The notes under the pieces were generated by a model. That model saw only the letters and a program-made list of their open reading frames with translations, did not search any database and was not told where the DNA came from. This document shows positions 10,024-18,947 of a stretch of DNA of 64,000 bases, in pieces. A program made the position numbers and the translations under genes. Position 1 is the first letter of the stretch. The number at the start of each line of letters is the position of its first letter. The stretch comes from Lachnospiraceae bacterium (GTDB lineage: Bacteria > Bacillota > Clostridia > Lachnospirales > Lachnospiraceae): contig JALFIB010000216.1 of the NCBI GenBank assembly GCA_022776305.1, positions 12-64,011 on the forward strand, written 5' to 3'.

Positions 10024-11478
10024 ATGGAAGAACGCAATCAAGATGAATTAAACGAAGAATACGAAAAAATCTGTTTCCTGTGCAGGCGTCCTGAAAGCCA
10101 GACAGGAAAGATGATAGATATGGGGGGCCAATTCTGCATCTGTCAGGATTGTATGCAGAAGACCATTGATGCCATGCAGTCTTCCGGTATATCTTATCAG
10201 GATATGCTCAATATGTCGACGCCGGTGATTCAGGATGATGAAGGCGGCGATGAGGAGGAAAAAGGCAAAAAAGAGACGAAAATACCGAATATCAGTATGA
10301 TCAACCTCTCAGACATTCTTGGAGGAATGGGGATCCCCAGACAGCAGGTAAAAAAGAAAAAACCAAAAGAAAAACAGCCTGAAAAAGCATTTGATGTCAA
10401 GGCCATACCGGCACCGCACAAGATTAAAGCAAGTTTGGATGAGTACGTAGTGGGTCAGGAGCATGCAAAAAAAGTCATCTCTGTGGCCGTGTACAACCAC
10501 TATAAGCGGATTGGAACCGGGATGACAGATGATATTGAAATAGAAAAATCTAACATGCTGATGCTTGGGCCTACAGGGTGCGGAAAGACGTATCTGGTAA
10601 AGACACTTGCAAGGCTGCTGGACGTACCGCTGGCCATCGCAGATGCCACTTCCCTGACGGAAGCGGGATACATCGGTGACGATATCGAGAGTGTAATTTC
10701 AAGGTTATTAGCGGCGGCAGATAATGATGTGGACCGCGCAGAGCAGGGTATCGTGTTCATCGATGAGATCGACAAGATCGCAAAGAAGAAAAACGCCAAT
10801 CAAAGGGATGTGAGCGGAGAGGCGGTACAGCAGGGAATGCTGAAGCTGCTGGAGGGCAGCGAGGTGGAGGTGCCGGTGGGCGCCGCCAGCAAAAATGCGA
10901 TGGTACCCATGACAACTGTAAACACAAAGAATATTTTGTTCATCTGCGGCGGCGCATTTCCGGGTCTTGAAGACATTATCAAGGAACGCCTGAACAAACA
11001 GGCAGCCATTGGTTTTATGGGAGATCTAAAGGATAAATACGATGAAGACCCGAACCTGCTGATGAAAGTGACTGTGGAGGACCTGCGCAATTTCGGCATG
11101 ATACCGGAATTTATCGGAAGGCTGCCCATCATTTTCTCACTGAGCGCTTTGACGAAGGATATGCTGGTGCGTATCCTCAAAGAGCCGCGCAACGCCATCT
11201 TAAAGCAGTACCAGAAACTGCTGGCTCTGGATGAGGTGGAGCTTACGATGGATGATGAAGCACTGGAGGCGATAGCGGAAAAAGCGCTGGAAAAGAGAAC
11301 AGGTGCGAGAGCACTTCGGGCGATCATCGAGGAATTTATGCTTGATATTATGTATGAGATACCGAAGGATGAAAATATCGGCAGCGTAAGAATTACGAGG
11401 GAATATATTGAGCATACGGGAGGACCGGTGATCTCCCTGCGGAATGTAGTACCGCAGATTTCCAGCAAAGAAAGGTAG
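10024..11478 (+). CDS. clpX: ATP-dependent Clp protease ATP-binding subunit ClpX
   Basis: N-terminal C4 zinc finger, GPTGCGKT, LTEAGYIG, FIDEIDK, IGF loop, TGARALR. Confidence 0.93.
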   Translation: MEERNQDELNEEYEKICFLCRRPESQTGKMIDMGGQFCICQDCMQKTIDAMQSSGISYQDMLNMSTPVIQDDEGGDEEEKGKKETKIPNISMINLSDILGGMGIPRQQVKKKKPKEKQPEKAFDVKAIPAPHKIKASLDEYVVGQEHAKKVISVAVYNHYKRIGTGMTDDIEIEKSNMLMLGPTGCGKTYLVKTLARLLDVPLAIADATSLTEAGYIGDDIESVISRLLAAADNDVDRAEQGIVFIDEIDKIAKKKNANQRDVSGEAVQQGMLKLLEGSEVEVPVGAASKNAMVPMTTVNTKNILFICGGAFPGLEDIIKERLNKQAAIGFMGDLKDKYDEDPNLLMKVTVEDLRNFGMIPEFIGRLPIIFSLSALTKDMLVRILKEPRNAILKQYQKLLALDEVELTMDDEALEAIAEKALEKRTGARALRAIIEEFMLDIMYEIPKDENIGSVRITREYIEHTGGPVISLRNVVPQISSKER

Positions 11479-11519
11479 AACCGCGCAATGGAACTGCTGT
11501 GACATTTTTTGCGGGAACG

Positions 11520-11548
11520 TTGACAGCGTTTGACAAAAATGTTATGGT
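11520..11548 (+). promoter_or_regulatory. Putative sigma-70 promoter of rpoD
   Basis: TTGACA-17 bp-TATGGT with extended -10 TG. Confidence 0.6.
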
Positions 11549-11581
11549 AGGAAGAACGAAAGTGATGAGGAGAGAGCATAG

Positions 11582-12709
11582 ATGAATGAAGCACAGGAGC
11601 AGTTTATAAAGACTCTGGAAAGCCTGAAGGCATTGGCAAAGACAAAAAAGAATACCCTTGAATATGACGAGATCTTAAATGCCTTTAACGGAATGGAGCT
11701 TACGGAAGATAAGATGGATATGATTCTTGATTATCTGGAAAAGAATCGTATCGACATCCTGCAGGTCAAATCTCCGGACGACGCTTCAGATGATTTGCTG
11801 CTGGAATCCGAGGAAGATATATTACTGTCAGACCATGACGAGATCGACCTGATCAATGACGTGGATGTGCTGGAGGGTGTCAGCACAGAAGACCCGGTCA
11901 GGATGTATTTAAAAGAGATCGGAAATGTTCCGCTGCTGTCCGGTGAAGAAGAAGTGGAGCTGGCAAAGCGTGTAGAGGCAGGGGACGAGGAAGCGAAGAA
12001 AAAGCTGACAGAGGCCAACCTTCGTCTTGTGGTCAGTATTGCGAAAAAGTATGTGGGCAGAGGCATGCCCTTTCTGGACCTGATACAGGAAGGCAATATG
12101 GGCCTCATGAAAGCCGTAGACAAATTTGACTATACAAAGGGGTACAAATTCAGTACTTATGCTACCTGGTGGATCCGTCAGGCCATCACCAGAGGGATTG
12201 CCGATACGGGAAGGACGATCCGTGTGCCGGTACATATGGTGGAGACCATTAATAAGACGCTGCGGATGACACGTACGCTGCTTCAGGAGCTGGGACGTGA
12301 ACCCACCCCGGAGGAAGTTGCAGAGAGGCTGAATGTTCCGGTCAGCCGTGTAAGGGAAGTATTGAAGATCTCCCGTGATCCCGTATCTTTGGATACACCC
12401 ATCGGCGAGGAAGATGATTCTCATCTTGGTGATTTTATTGAGGACGATACGGCGCTTTCACCGGCAGATTCTGCTGCCTTTTCTATGCTGCGCGAAGAAC
12501 TGAGCACGGCACTGGAGTCACTTACTGACCGTGAACGCCAGGTAGTCCGTCTCCGTTTCGGACTGGAGGATGGAAGAGCCAGAACACTGGAAGAGGTAGG
12601 AAAAGAGTTTAATGTCACCCGTGAACGAATCAGGCAGATCGAGGCGAAAGCACTGCGCAAGCTGCGCCATCCGTCAAGAAGCAAACGCTTGAAGGATTTC
12701 TTGACGTAA
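11582..12709 (+). CDS. rpoD: RpoD/SigA-type RNA polymerase sigma factor (possibly a second paralog)
   Basis: [58 protein letters not shown]. Confidence 0.93.
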   Translation: MNEAQEQFIKTLESLKALAKTKKNTLEYDEILNAFNGMELTEDKMDMILDYLEKNRIDILQVKSPDDASDDLLLESEEDILLSDHDEIDLINDVDVLEGVSTEDPVRMYLKEIGNVPLLSGEEEVELAKRVEAGDEEAKKKLTEANLRLVVSIAKKYVGRGMPFLDLIQEGNMGLMKAVDKFDYTKGYKFSTYATWWIRQAITRGIADTGRTIRVPVHMVETINKTLRMTRTLLQELGREPTPEEVAERLNVPVSRVREVLKISRDPVSLDTPIGEEDDSHLGDFIEDDTALSPADSAAFSMLREELSTALESLTDRERQVVRLRFGLEDGRARTLEEVGKEFNVTRERIRQIEAKALRKLRHPSRSKRLKDFLT

Positions 12710-12710
12710 T

Positions 12711-12840
12711 TACCTCAGTCGAAATCTGATTTTCGACTAAGATAAACGCTCCGCGAGGATGCACAGCGATTCTGAGAAGAAAGGTGTCAGCTTCAGCTGA
12801 CCAGAATCGCGCGCCAAGTCTCACGTGCGTTCGACTTGTA
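12711..12840. repeat. Multi-hairpin REP/MITE-like element downstream of rpoD
   Basis: AGTCGAAA/TTTCGACT, GCGATTCTG/CAGAATCGC enclosing GTCAGC/GCTGAC, and CAAGTC/GACTTG; outer AGTCGAA...TTCGACT. Confidence 0.6.
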
Positions 12841-12855
12841 TTAATTCAAAATGAG

Positions 12856-12904
12856 CCCGGCAGGCGGTGGTATTTACCACTGCCATGCCGGGTCTTTCTG
12901 CTTT
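12856..12904 (+). terminator. Intrinsic terminator after rpoD
   Basis: CCCGGCAGGCGGTGGTA...TACCACTGCCATGCCGGG followed by TCTTTCTGCTTT. Confidence 0.65.
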
Positions 12905-13106
12905 CTATTATCCGGATACAACTTTTGGATCGGATAGTCGTGGGCTGTTGGAAAAGAAAGGCTTGCTTTTTTGGATAATATTTGCAATAATTCCTTTAGA
13001 CAATCTTAATACGATATCAGAAAATCTTAATGTGGTATCAGAACCGCAAACACAGTATCTGCTGTTTGCGGGTTTTACAGTTTATATATGAGTAGGAGGA
13101 ACAGAC

Positions 13107-13544
13107 ATGGATATTGAATTACTTAGAAAAGATATGGTAGCAGCCATGAAAGCGAAGGATAAACCGAGAAAAGAAGCGATCTCTTCTTTAGTTTCTGCTG
13201 TAAAGAAGGCAGCCATCGATGAGGGCTGCAGGGATGATATTCCCGCTGATCTGGCAGACCGTGTGATCTTAAAGGAGCTGAAGACGGTGAAGGAGCAGAT
13301 CGATACGTGTCCGGAATCCCGGGCTGATTTACGGGCAGAATACCAGTTCCGCTACGATGTGATCTCAGAATATGCTCCGAAGCTTTTGTCTGCGGATGAG
13401 ATCAAAGCAGTTTTGGAAGAAAAATTTGCAGATGTACTTGCAACGAAAAACAAAGGACAGATCATGAAAGCTGTCATGGGAGAATTGAAAGGCAAAGCAG
13501 ACGGCAAAGTGATCAATCAGGTAGTTGCCGATCTGTGCAAATAG
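13107..13544 (+). CDS. GatB/YqeY domain-containing protein
   Basis: DMVAAMKAKDK start, MKAVMGELKGKADGKVI end; strong RBS. Confidence 0.88.
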   Translation: MDIELLRKDMVAAMKAKDKPRKEAISSLVSAVKKAAIDEGCRDDIPADLADRVILKELKTVKEQIDTCPESRADLRAEYQFRYDVISEYAPKLLSADEIKAVLEEKFADVLATKNKGQIMKAVMGELKGKADGKVINQVVADLCK

Positions 13545-13571
13545 ACGAAGGATTCTTTGGGGGTGAACAGC

Positions 13572-14693
13572 ATGGTTGAGACAAGGCCTTTCGTATCATG
13601 GGACATGATGCGTGATTTCATGGTAGCGGTATTTCAGAAGGAAGGAGTTCCGGAGGAAGACGCCAAAATTTGTGCAGATGTATTGTTGGAAAGCGACAGG
13701 CGGGGAATCGAGAGCCATGGGTGCAATCGATTTAAACCAATTTATATAGACCGCATTGATGCAGGGATCTTAAATCCTGTGACGGAGTTTGAGGTAGTCC
13801 GCGAGACCCCTACCACGGCAGTTGTGGATGGGCACAACGGCATGGGCATGGTCATTGCCACCAGATCTATGCAGATGGCAATTGACAAGGCAAAACAGTA
13901 CGGCATGGGCATGGTTGCGGTGCGCAATTCTACTCATTACGGCATTGCAGGTTATTATGCCACCATGGCATCCAAGAACAATATGATTGGAATTACCGGC
14001 ACCAATGCAAGGCCTTCTATTGCACCTACCTTCGGAGTGGAAAATATGCTGGGGACAAACCCTATTACCTTTGGCCTTCCCACAGACGAAGAGTTCCCAT
14101 TTGTCCTTGACTGCGCAACGTCTATTTCCCAGAGGGGAAAAATTGAGTTTTACGCACGGACAGGTAAAGACACGCCTGCGGGCATGGTCATCGGCAGGGA
14201 TGGAAAACCCATGACAGACAGCAACGATATCTTAAAGGCTCTAAATGAAAAGCGCGCTGCGCTGGCACCTTTGGGAGGCATTGGAGAGGAACTGGCAGGA
14301 TACAAAGGCTACGGCTATGCCACTGTGGTAGAGATATTGTCTGCGGCTTTGCAGGCAGGCAGCTATCTGCGCATGTTGAGCGGACTGGACGAAAATGGAA
14401 ACAAGATTCCGTACCCGCTGGGCCATTTCTTCATCGCCATTGACACAGAAGCATTTATGGGGGCAGATACCTTTAAAAAGATCGCCGGAAACATCCTCCG
14501 TGAGCTTCGCGCCTCAGAAAAAGCTCCGGGGCATGACAGGATCTATACGGCAGGAGAAAAGGAGTATGAGATCTGGCAGTTCCGCAAGGATAGAGGAGTG
14601 CCGGTGGGAGAGGCCGTTCAGAAGGAACTGACGGGTTTAAGAGACCGGTTTGGATTAAAGGAATTTGTTTTCCCATTTGAAACACAGGAATAG
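13572..14693 (+). CDS. LDH2/MDH2 family oxidoreductase (malate/lactate/ureidoglycolate dehydrogenase-like)
   Basis: GIESHG, DGHNGMG, NSTHYGIAG, GTNPI, GYKGYG motifs. Confidence 0.88.
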   Translation: MVETRPFVSWDMMRDFMVAVFQKEGVPEEDAKICADVLLESDRRGIESHGCNRFKPIYIDRIDAGILNPVTEFEVVRETPTTAVVDGHNGMGMVIATRSMQMAIDKAKQYGMGMVAVRNSTHYGIAGYYATMASKNNMIGITGTNARPSIAPTFGVENMLGTNPITFGLPTDEEFPFVLDCATSISQRGKIEFYARTGKDTPAGMVIGRDGKPMTDSNDILKALNEKRAALAPLGGIGEELAGYKGYGYATVVEILSAALQAGSYLRMLSGLDENGNKIPYPLGHFFIAIDTEAFMGADTFKKIAGNILRELRASEKAPGHDRIYTAGEKEYEIWQFRKDRGVPVGEAVQKELTGLRDRFGLKEFVFPFETQE

Positions 14694-14767
14694 ATAAAAC
14701 ACAGAAAACGGGGAAAAGCAAAGCATGCTTTGACATGCCCTTTGCTTTAGAAAGGAAATACATTACC

Positions 14768-15952
14768 ATGATAGCAGAAAAAATGAAACCGTATTTACAG
14801 AATAATTCAGCCATCCGGGCGATGTTTGAAGAGGGAAAAAAGATGGCAGAGCAGTATGGGGCAGATAAGGTGTATGATTTCAGCTTGGGAAATCCCAATG
14901 TACCTGCTCCGGAAAAGATCAAAGAAGCCATCAAAGAGATCCTGGATGAGGAGGATCCCGTATTTGTACACGGGTATATGAGCAATGCAGGTTTTCCACA
15001 TGTGCGGAAAGCCATTGCAGATAACCTGAACCAGAGGTTTGGCACGAATTTTTCCGAAGAAAACCTGATCATGACTGTGGGAGCAGGGAGCGGTTTGAAT
15101 GTGTGCCTGAAGACGCTGGTGGATCCGGGGGATGAGGTGATCGTATTTGCCCCCTATTTCCTTGAGTACGGTTCCTATATCCGCAACTATGACGGTGTTC
15201 TGGTCCAAGTGGATCCGGATACAGAATCTTTCCAGCTGAATCTGGATGACTTTGAAAAGAAACTGACAGAAAAGACCAAGGCGGTTATCATCAACAACCC
15301 ACATAATCCCACAGGAGTGGTGTATTCAGAGGCGATGATCTCCCGTTTGGCAGCTATCATGGAAGAAAAGCAGAAGGCATTCGGGCATGCTATTTATTTG
15401 ATTTCGGATGAACCTTACCGAGAGCTGGCCTTTGACGGGGTGGAGGTGCCCTTTGTGACAAAGTATTACCGCAATACGATGGTTGTGTATTCTTACAGTA
15501 AGTCACTGTCACTTCCGGGAGAGCGTATCGGATATGTGATCATCCCGGATGAGGTGGAGAATAGTGGTGACACCATCACAGCAGCCACCATTGCCAACCG
15601 TATCAGCGGCTGTGTCAACGCACCGTCCCTGATCCAGCTTGCAGTGGCAAAATGTGTGGACAGCGAGGTTGACCTTGGGTATTATGACAGAAACCGCAGG
15701 ACATTGTATGAGGGGCTTACAAAGATGGGCTTTACCTGCGTAAAGCCGGAAGGCGCATTTTATCTCTGGTTAAAATCTCCAGTGGAAGATGAAAAACAGT
15801 TTGTAGAAGCGGCAAAGAAATACCATATCCTTGTAGTTCCGGGATCTTCTTTTGCATGCGCAGGCTATGTGCGGCTGGCATACTGTGTTTCTTATGAGAC
15901 TATTGTCCATTCACTTCCGGAATTTGAAAAATTGGCGAAAGAGTACTTTTAA
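14768..15952 (+). CDS. Class I/II PLP-dependent aminotransferase (aspartate aminotransferase-like)
   Basis: SLGNP, NNPHNPTG, SDEPY, SYSKSLSLPGERIG; RBS AAAGGA before ATG 14768. Confidence 0.9.
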   Translation: MIAEKMKPYLQNNSAIRAMFEEGKKMAEQYGADKVYDFSLGNPNVPAPEKIKEAIKEILDEEDPVFVHGYMSNAGFPHVRKAIADNLNQRFGTNFSEENLIMTVGAGSGLNVCLKTLVDPGDEVIVFAPYFLEYGSYIRNYDGVLVQVDPDTESFQLNLDDFEKKLTEKTKAVIINNPHNPTGVVYSEAMISRLAAIMEEKQKAFGHAIYLISDEPYRELAFDGVEVPFVTKYYRNTMVVYSYSKSLSLPGERIGYVIIPDEVENSGDTITAATIANRISGCVNAPSLIQLAVAKCVDSEVDLGYYDRNRRTLYEGLTKMGFTCVKPEGAFYLWLKSPVEDEKQFVEAAKKYHILVVPGSSFACAGYVRLAYCVSYETIVHSLPEFEKLAKEYF

Positions 15953-15960
15953 AATACCAT

Positions 15961-16003
15961 GATGCCAGGAACAATCCGTATGGCATCTTTTGACCTTAAC
16001 ATT
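15961..16003 (+). mobile_element. MITE-like family copy 2 (43-bp internal deletion derivative)
   Basis: GATGCCAGG fused directly to AACAATCCGTATGGCATCTTTTGACCTTAACATT; flanked by ATACCAT direct repeats at 15954-15960 and 16004-16010. Confidence 0.85.
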
Positions 16004-16035
16004 ATACCATACCTTTGAGGAGAAACATACATACT

Positions 16036-17391
16036 ATGAAGATTATTATTGTTGGCTTGGGCAAAGTGGGGCAGTCTTTGGCCATCGAGTTAAGCGGTGA
16101 AGACAGCGATATTACAGTGATCGACAATCGCGAAGAAATCGTACAGGAGATTTCCAGCCAGTATGATGTAATGGGGATCGTGGGAAACGGCGCCAGCTAT
16201 TCCACGCAGATTGAAGCAGGGATCGAGTCGGCAGATCTGCTGATCGCAGTGACAGGATCAGACGAATTAAACCTCCTGTGCTGTTTGATCGCGAAAAAAG
16301 CAGGTAACTGCCATACCATAGCACGTGTCCGCAATCCGGAATACAATGCTGAGATCAATTTTATTAAAGAAGAACTTGGCCTTGCCATGATCATCAATCC
16401 GGAGCAGGCTGCCGCAGGGGAGATCGCAAAAGTCCTGCAGTTCCCTTCCGCTATTGAGGTAAACTCTTTTGCAAAAAGCAAGGTGCGTTTACTGAAATTC
16501 CGCGTGCCGGAAAACTCCGTGCTCAACAATATGCAGATCGCAAATCTTCCGCCGAAGATGATGGGGAATATCCTGATCTGTGCCATTGAGCGGGGAGAAC
16601 AGCTGGTCATTCCGGACGGAAACTGTGTCCTCCATGCGAAAGATCTGGTGACCATTGTGGGAGCGCCGGCAGATGCATATGAATTCTTTAGGCAGGCAGC
16701 TATCGTTGTAGACCGGGTTAAAAGTTTGATGATCGTCGGTGGAAGTCCTACGGCCTATTATTTGGCAAAGATCATGATTGCAGGAGGTGTCCGGGTCAAA
16801 ATCGTGGAAAAGAATATGAAGCGGTGTGAATCCTTGTGTGACCTTCTTCCAAAAGCAACTATTGTGTATGGGGATGGTACAGACAAAGACCTGCTTCTGG
16901 AAGAGGGCATTGCAAAATATGAAAGCTTTGCTGCCCTCACCAATATTGACGAAGAAAACATCCTTCTTTCTTTGTATGCGCGGAAGACGGGAAACAAAAA
17001 ACTGATCACGAAGATTAACAGGATCGCTTTTGACGAGGTGATCAAGGAGCTGGATCTGGATACCGTGATCCATCCGAAGAATATTACGGCGGAGCATATT
17101 ATCCGTTACGTGCGCTCCATGAAAAATTCACTTGGCAGCAACGTAGAAACACTCCATAAGATTATCAATGGCAAGGCGGAAGCTTTGGAGTTTGTCATCA
17201 GAAGCAAATCAAAAGCCACCGATACGCCGCTGCAGGATCTGAAGATCAAAAAGGGAATCTTGGTAGCCTGTATCAGCCGTGATGGCCAGGCCATCATTCC
17301 ACGTGGTTCTGACAAGATCATGACAGGAGACAGTGTTGTCATTATCACACAGCAAAAGGGCCTGAATGACATAGAAGATATCCTGTTGTAA
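16036..17391 (+). CDS. trkA: Trk potassium uptake protein TrkA
   Basis: Two RCK/NAD-binding modules (IIVGLGKVG; IVGG), 451 aa, adjacent to trkH. Confidence 0.93.
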   Translation: MKIIIVGLGKVGQSLAIELSGEDSDITVIDNREEIVQEISSQYDVMGIVGNGASYSTQIEAGIESADLLIAVTGSDELNLLCCLIAKKAGNCHTIARVRNPEYNAEINFIKEELGLAMIINPEQAAAGEIAKVLQFPSAIEVNSFAKSKVRLLKFRVPENSVLNNMQIANLPPKMMGNILICAIERGEQLVIPDGNCVLHAKDLVTIVGAPADAYEFFRQAAIVVDRVKSLMIVGGSPTAYYLAKIMIAGGVRVKIVEKNMKRCESLCDLLPKATIVYGDGTDKDLLLEEGIAKYESFAALTNIDEENILLSLYARKTGNKKLITKINRIAFDEVIKELDLDTVIHPKNITAEHIIRYVRSMKNSLGSNVETLHKIINGKAEALEFVIRSKSKATDTPLQDLKIKKGILVACISRDGQAIIPRGSDKIMTGDSVVIITQQKGLNDIEDILL

Positions 17392-17418
17392 ACAAATTGA
17401 CAAAAGAAGGACGCAAAG

Positions 17419-18855
17419 ATGAATTATGGGATTATTACATACATCATAGGATGGGTATTAAATTTTGAAGCGCTCTTTATGGCACCGGCGTGTCTTGTGG
17501 CAGTGGTCTATCAGGAAAAGGAAGGGTTTTCCCTGTTTGCAGTAATGCTTTTATGCTTGGTTCTCGGTGTATTGCTCACAAGGAAAAAAAGAGGGGGCAA
17601 ATCCATGTATGCCAGAGAAGGCTTTGTGGCGGTTGCCCTCTGCTGGATCGTGCTCAGTGCATTTGGGGCACTTCCTTTCGTGATCGCAGGGAGCATCCCC
17701 TCATACATTGATGCCCTGTTTGAAGTGGTATCGGGCTTTACCACCACAGGATCCAGCATTCTTCCGGAAGTGGAATCCATGCCTCACTGCTTACTGTTCT
17801 GGAGAAGCTTCACACACTGGATCGGCGGAATGGGTGTTTTGGTTTTCCTTATGGCTATCCTGCCTCTCACCGGCGGAAGCAGCATGTACCTGATGAAAGC
17901 AGAAAGCCCCGGACCCTCTGTGGGAAAGCTTGTTCCGAAAGTAAAGAGTACCGCAATGCTTCTTTACAAAATGTATTTGGGGCTCAGTATCCTTCAGCTG
18001 GTTTTCCTGCTGTTAGGAGGGATGCCGCTCTTTGATTCCATTACCACGATGTTCGGTACAGCCGGTACCGGTGGATTCGGGATCAAAAACGACAGTATCG
18101 GTGGCTATTCCACTTATATCCAAGTGGTCGTTACCGTATTTATGATACTCTTTGGCGTGAATTTTAATATTTATTATTTGCTGCTAAAATGCAGGTTTAA
18201 AGAGGCTGCAAAATCTGCAGAGGTGCGGATCTATTTTGCAATCATCCTCTGTTCCATTATTTTGATCACCATAAATATTTCAGGAATGTTCCCAAGTGTC
18301 TGGAAAGCGCTTCAGCAATCTGCCTTCCAAGTGGGATCCATCATTACCACCACTGGTTTTGCCACCACGGACTTTGACCTTTGGCCGTCTTTTTCCAAGA
18401 CGATCCTTGTCCTTTTGATGTTTATCGGCGCCTGCGCCGGAAGCACGGGCGGCGGAATCAAGGTATCACGTATTGTGATCCTGTTTAAATCTATCTTGAA
18501 GGAACTGGATGTGATCGTACATCCCCACAATGTGAAAAAATTAAAAATGGACGGAAGGATCGTGGAGCATTCCGTAGTCCGCTCTGTCAATGTTTTTTTG
18601 GTTTCCTATTTATTTATTTTCGCAATTTCTGTATTGCTGATCTCATTGGATAATTTTGACTTTACTACAAACTTTACCGCAGTAGCAGCCACCATCAACA
18701 ATATCGGACCGGGCTTGGAGATGGTGGGGCCGACACAAAATTTTGGAATGTTTTCAAATTTTTCAAAAATAGTGCTTACATTTGATATGTTAGTGGGAAG
18801 GTTGGAATTATTCCCCCTCTTGATCCTGTTTTCTAAGAATACTTGGTCAAAGTAG
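17419..18855 (+). CDS. trkH: Trk potassium uptake membrane protein TrkH
   Basis: SGFTTTG, GTGGF, TTTGF, GSTGGGIK, NNIGPG pore motifs. Confidence 0.93.
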   Translation: MNYGIITYIIGWVLNFEALFMAPACLVAVVYQEKEGFSLFAVMLLCLVLGVLLTRKKRGGKSMYAREGFVAVALCWIVLSAFGALPFVIAGSIPSYIDALFEVVSGFTTTGSSILPEVESMPHCLLFWRSFTHWIGGMGVLVFLMAILPLTGGSSMYLMKAESPGPSVGKLVPKVKSTAMLLYKMYLGLSILQLVFLLLGGMPLFDSITTMFGTAGTGGFGIKNDSIGGYSTYIQVVVTVFMILFGVNFNIYYLLLKCRFKEAAKSAEVRIYFAIILCSIILITINISGMFPSVWKALQQSAFQVGSIITTTGFATTDFDLWPSFSKTILVLLMFIGACAGSTGGGIKVSRIVILFKSILKELDVIVHPHNVKKLKMDGRIVEHSVVRSVNVFLVSYLFIFAISVLLISLDNFDFTTNFTAVAATINNIGPGLEMVGPTQNFGMFSNFSKIVLTFDMLVGRLELFPLLILFSKNTWSK

Positions 18856-18880
18856 GGAGGCAGCCCGAAACAGGGAAGGC

Positions 18881-18909
18881 TTTACAACAGCGGGGTACTG
18901 TGCTAAAAT
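18881..18909 (+). promoter_or_regulatory. Putative sigma-70 promoter of the NlpC/P60 gene
   Basis: TTTACA-17 bp-TAAAAT with extended -10 TG. Confidence 0.6.
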
Positions 18910-18947
18910 AACTTAATGACCAGCACAAGACTTATAGGAGAAGCAGC

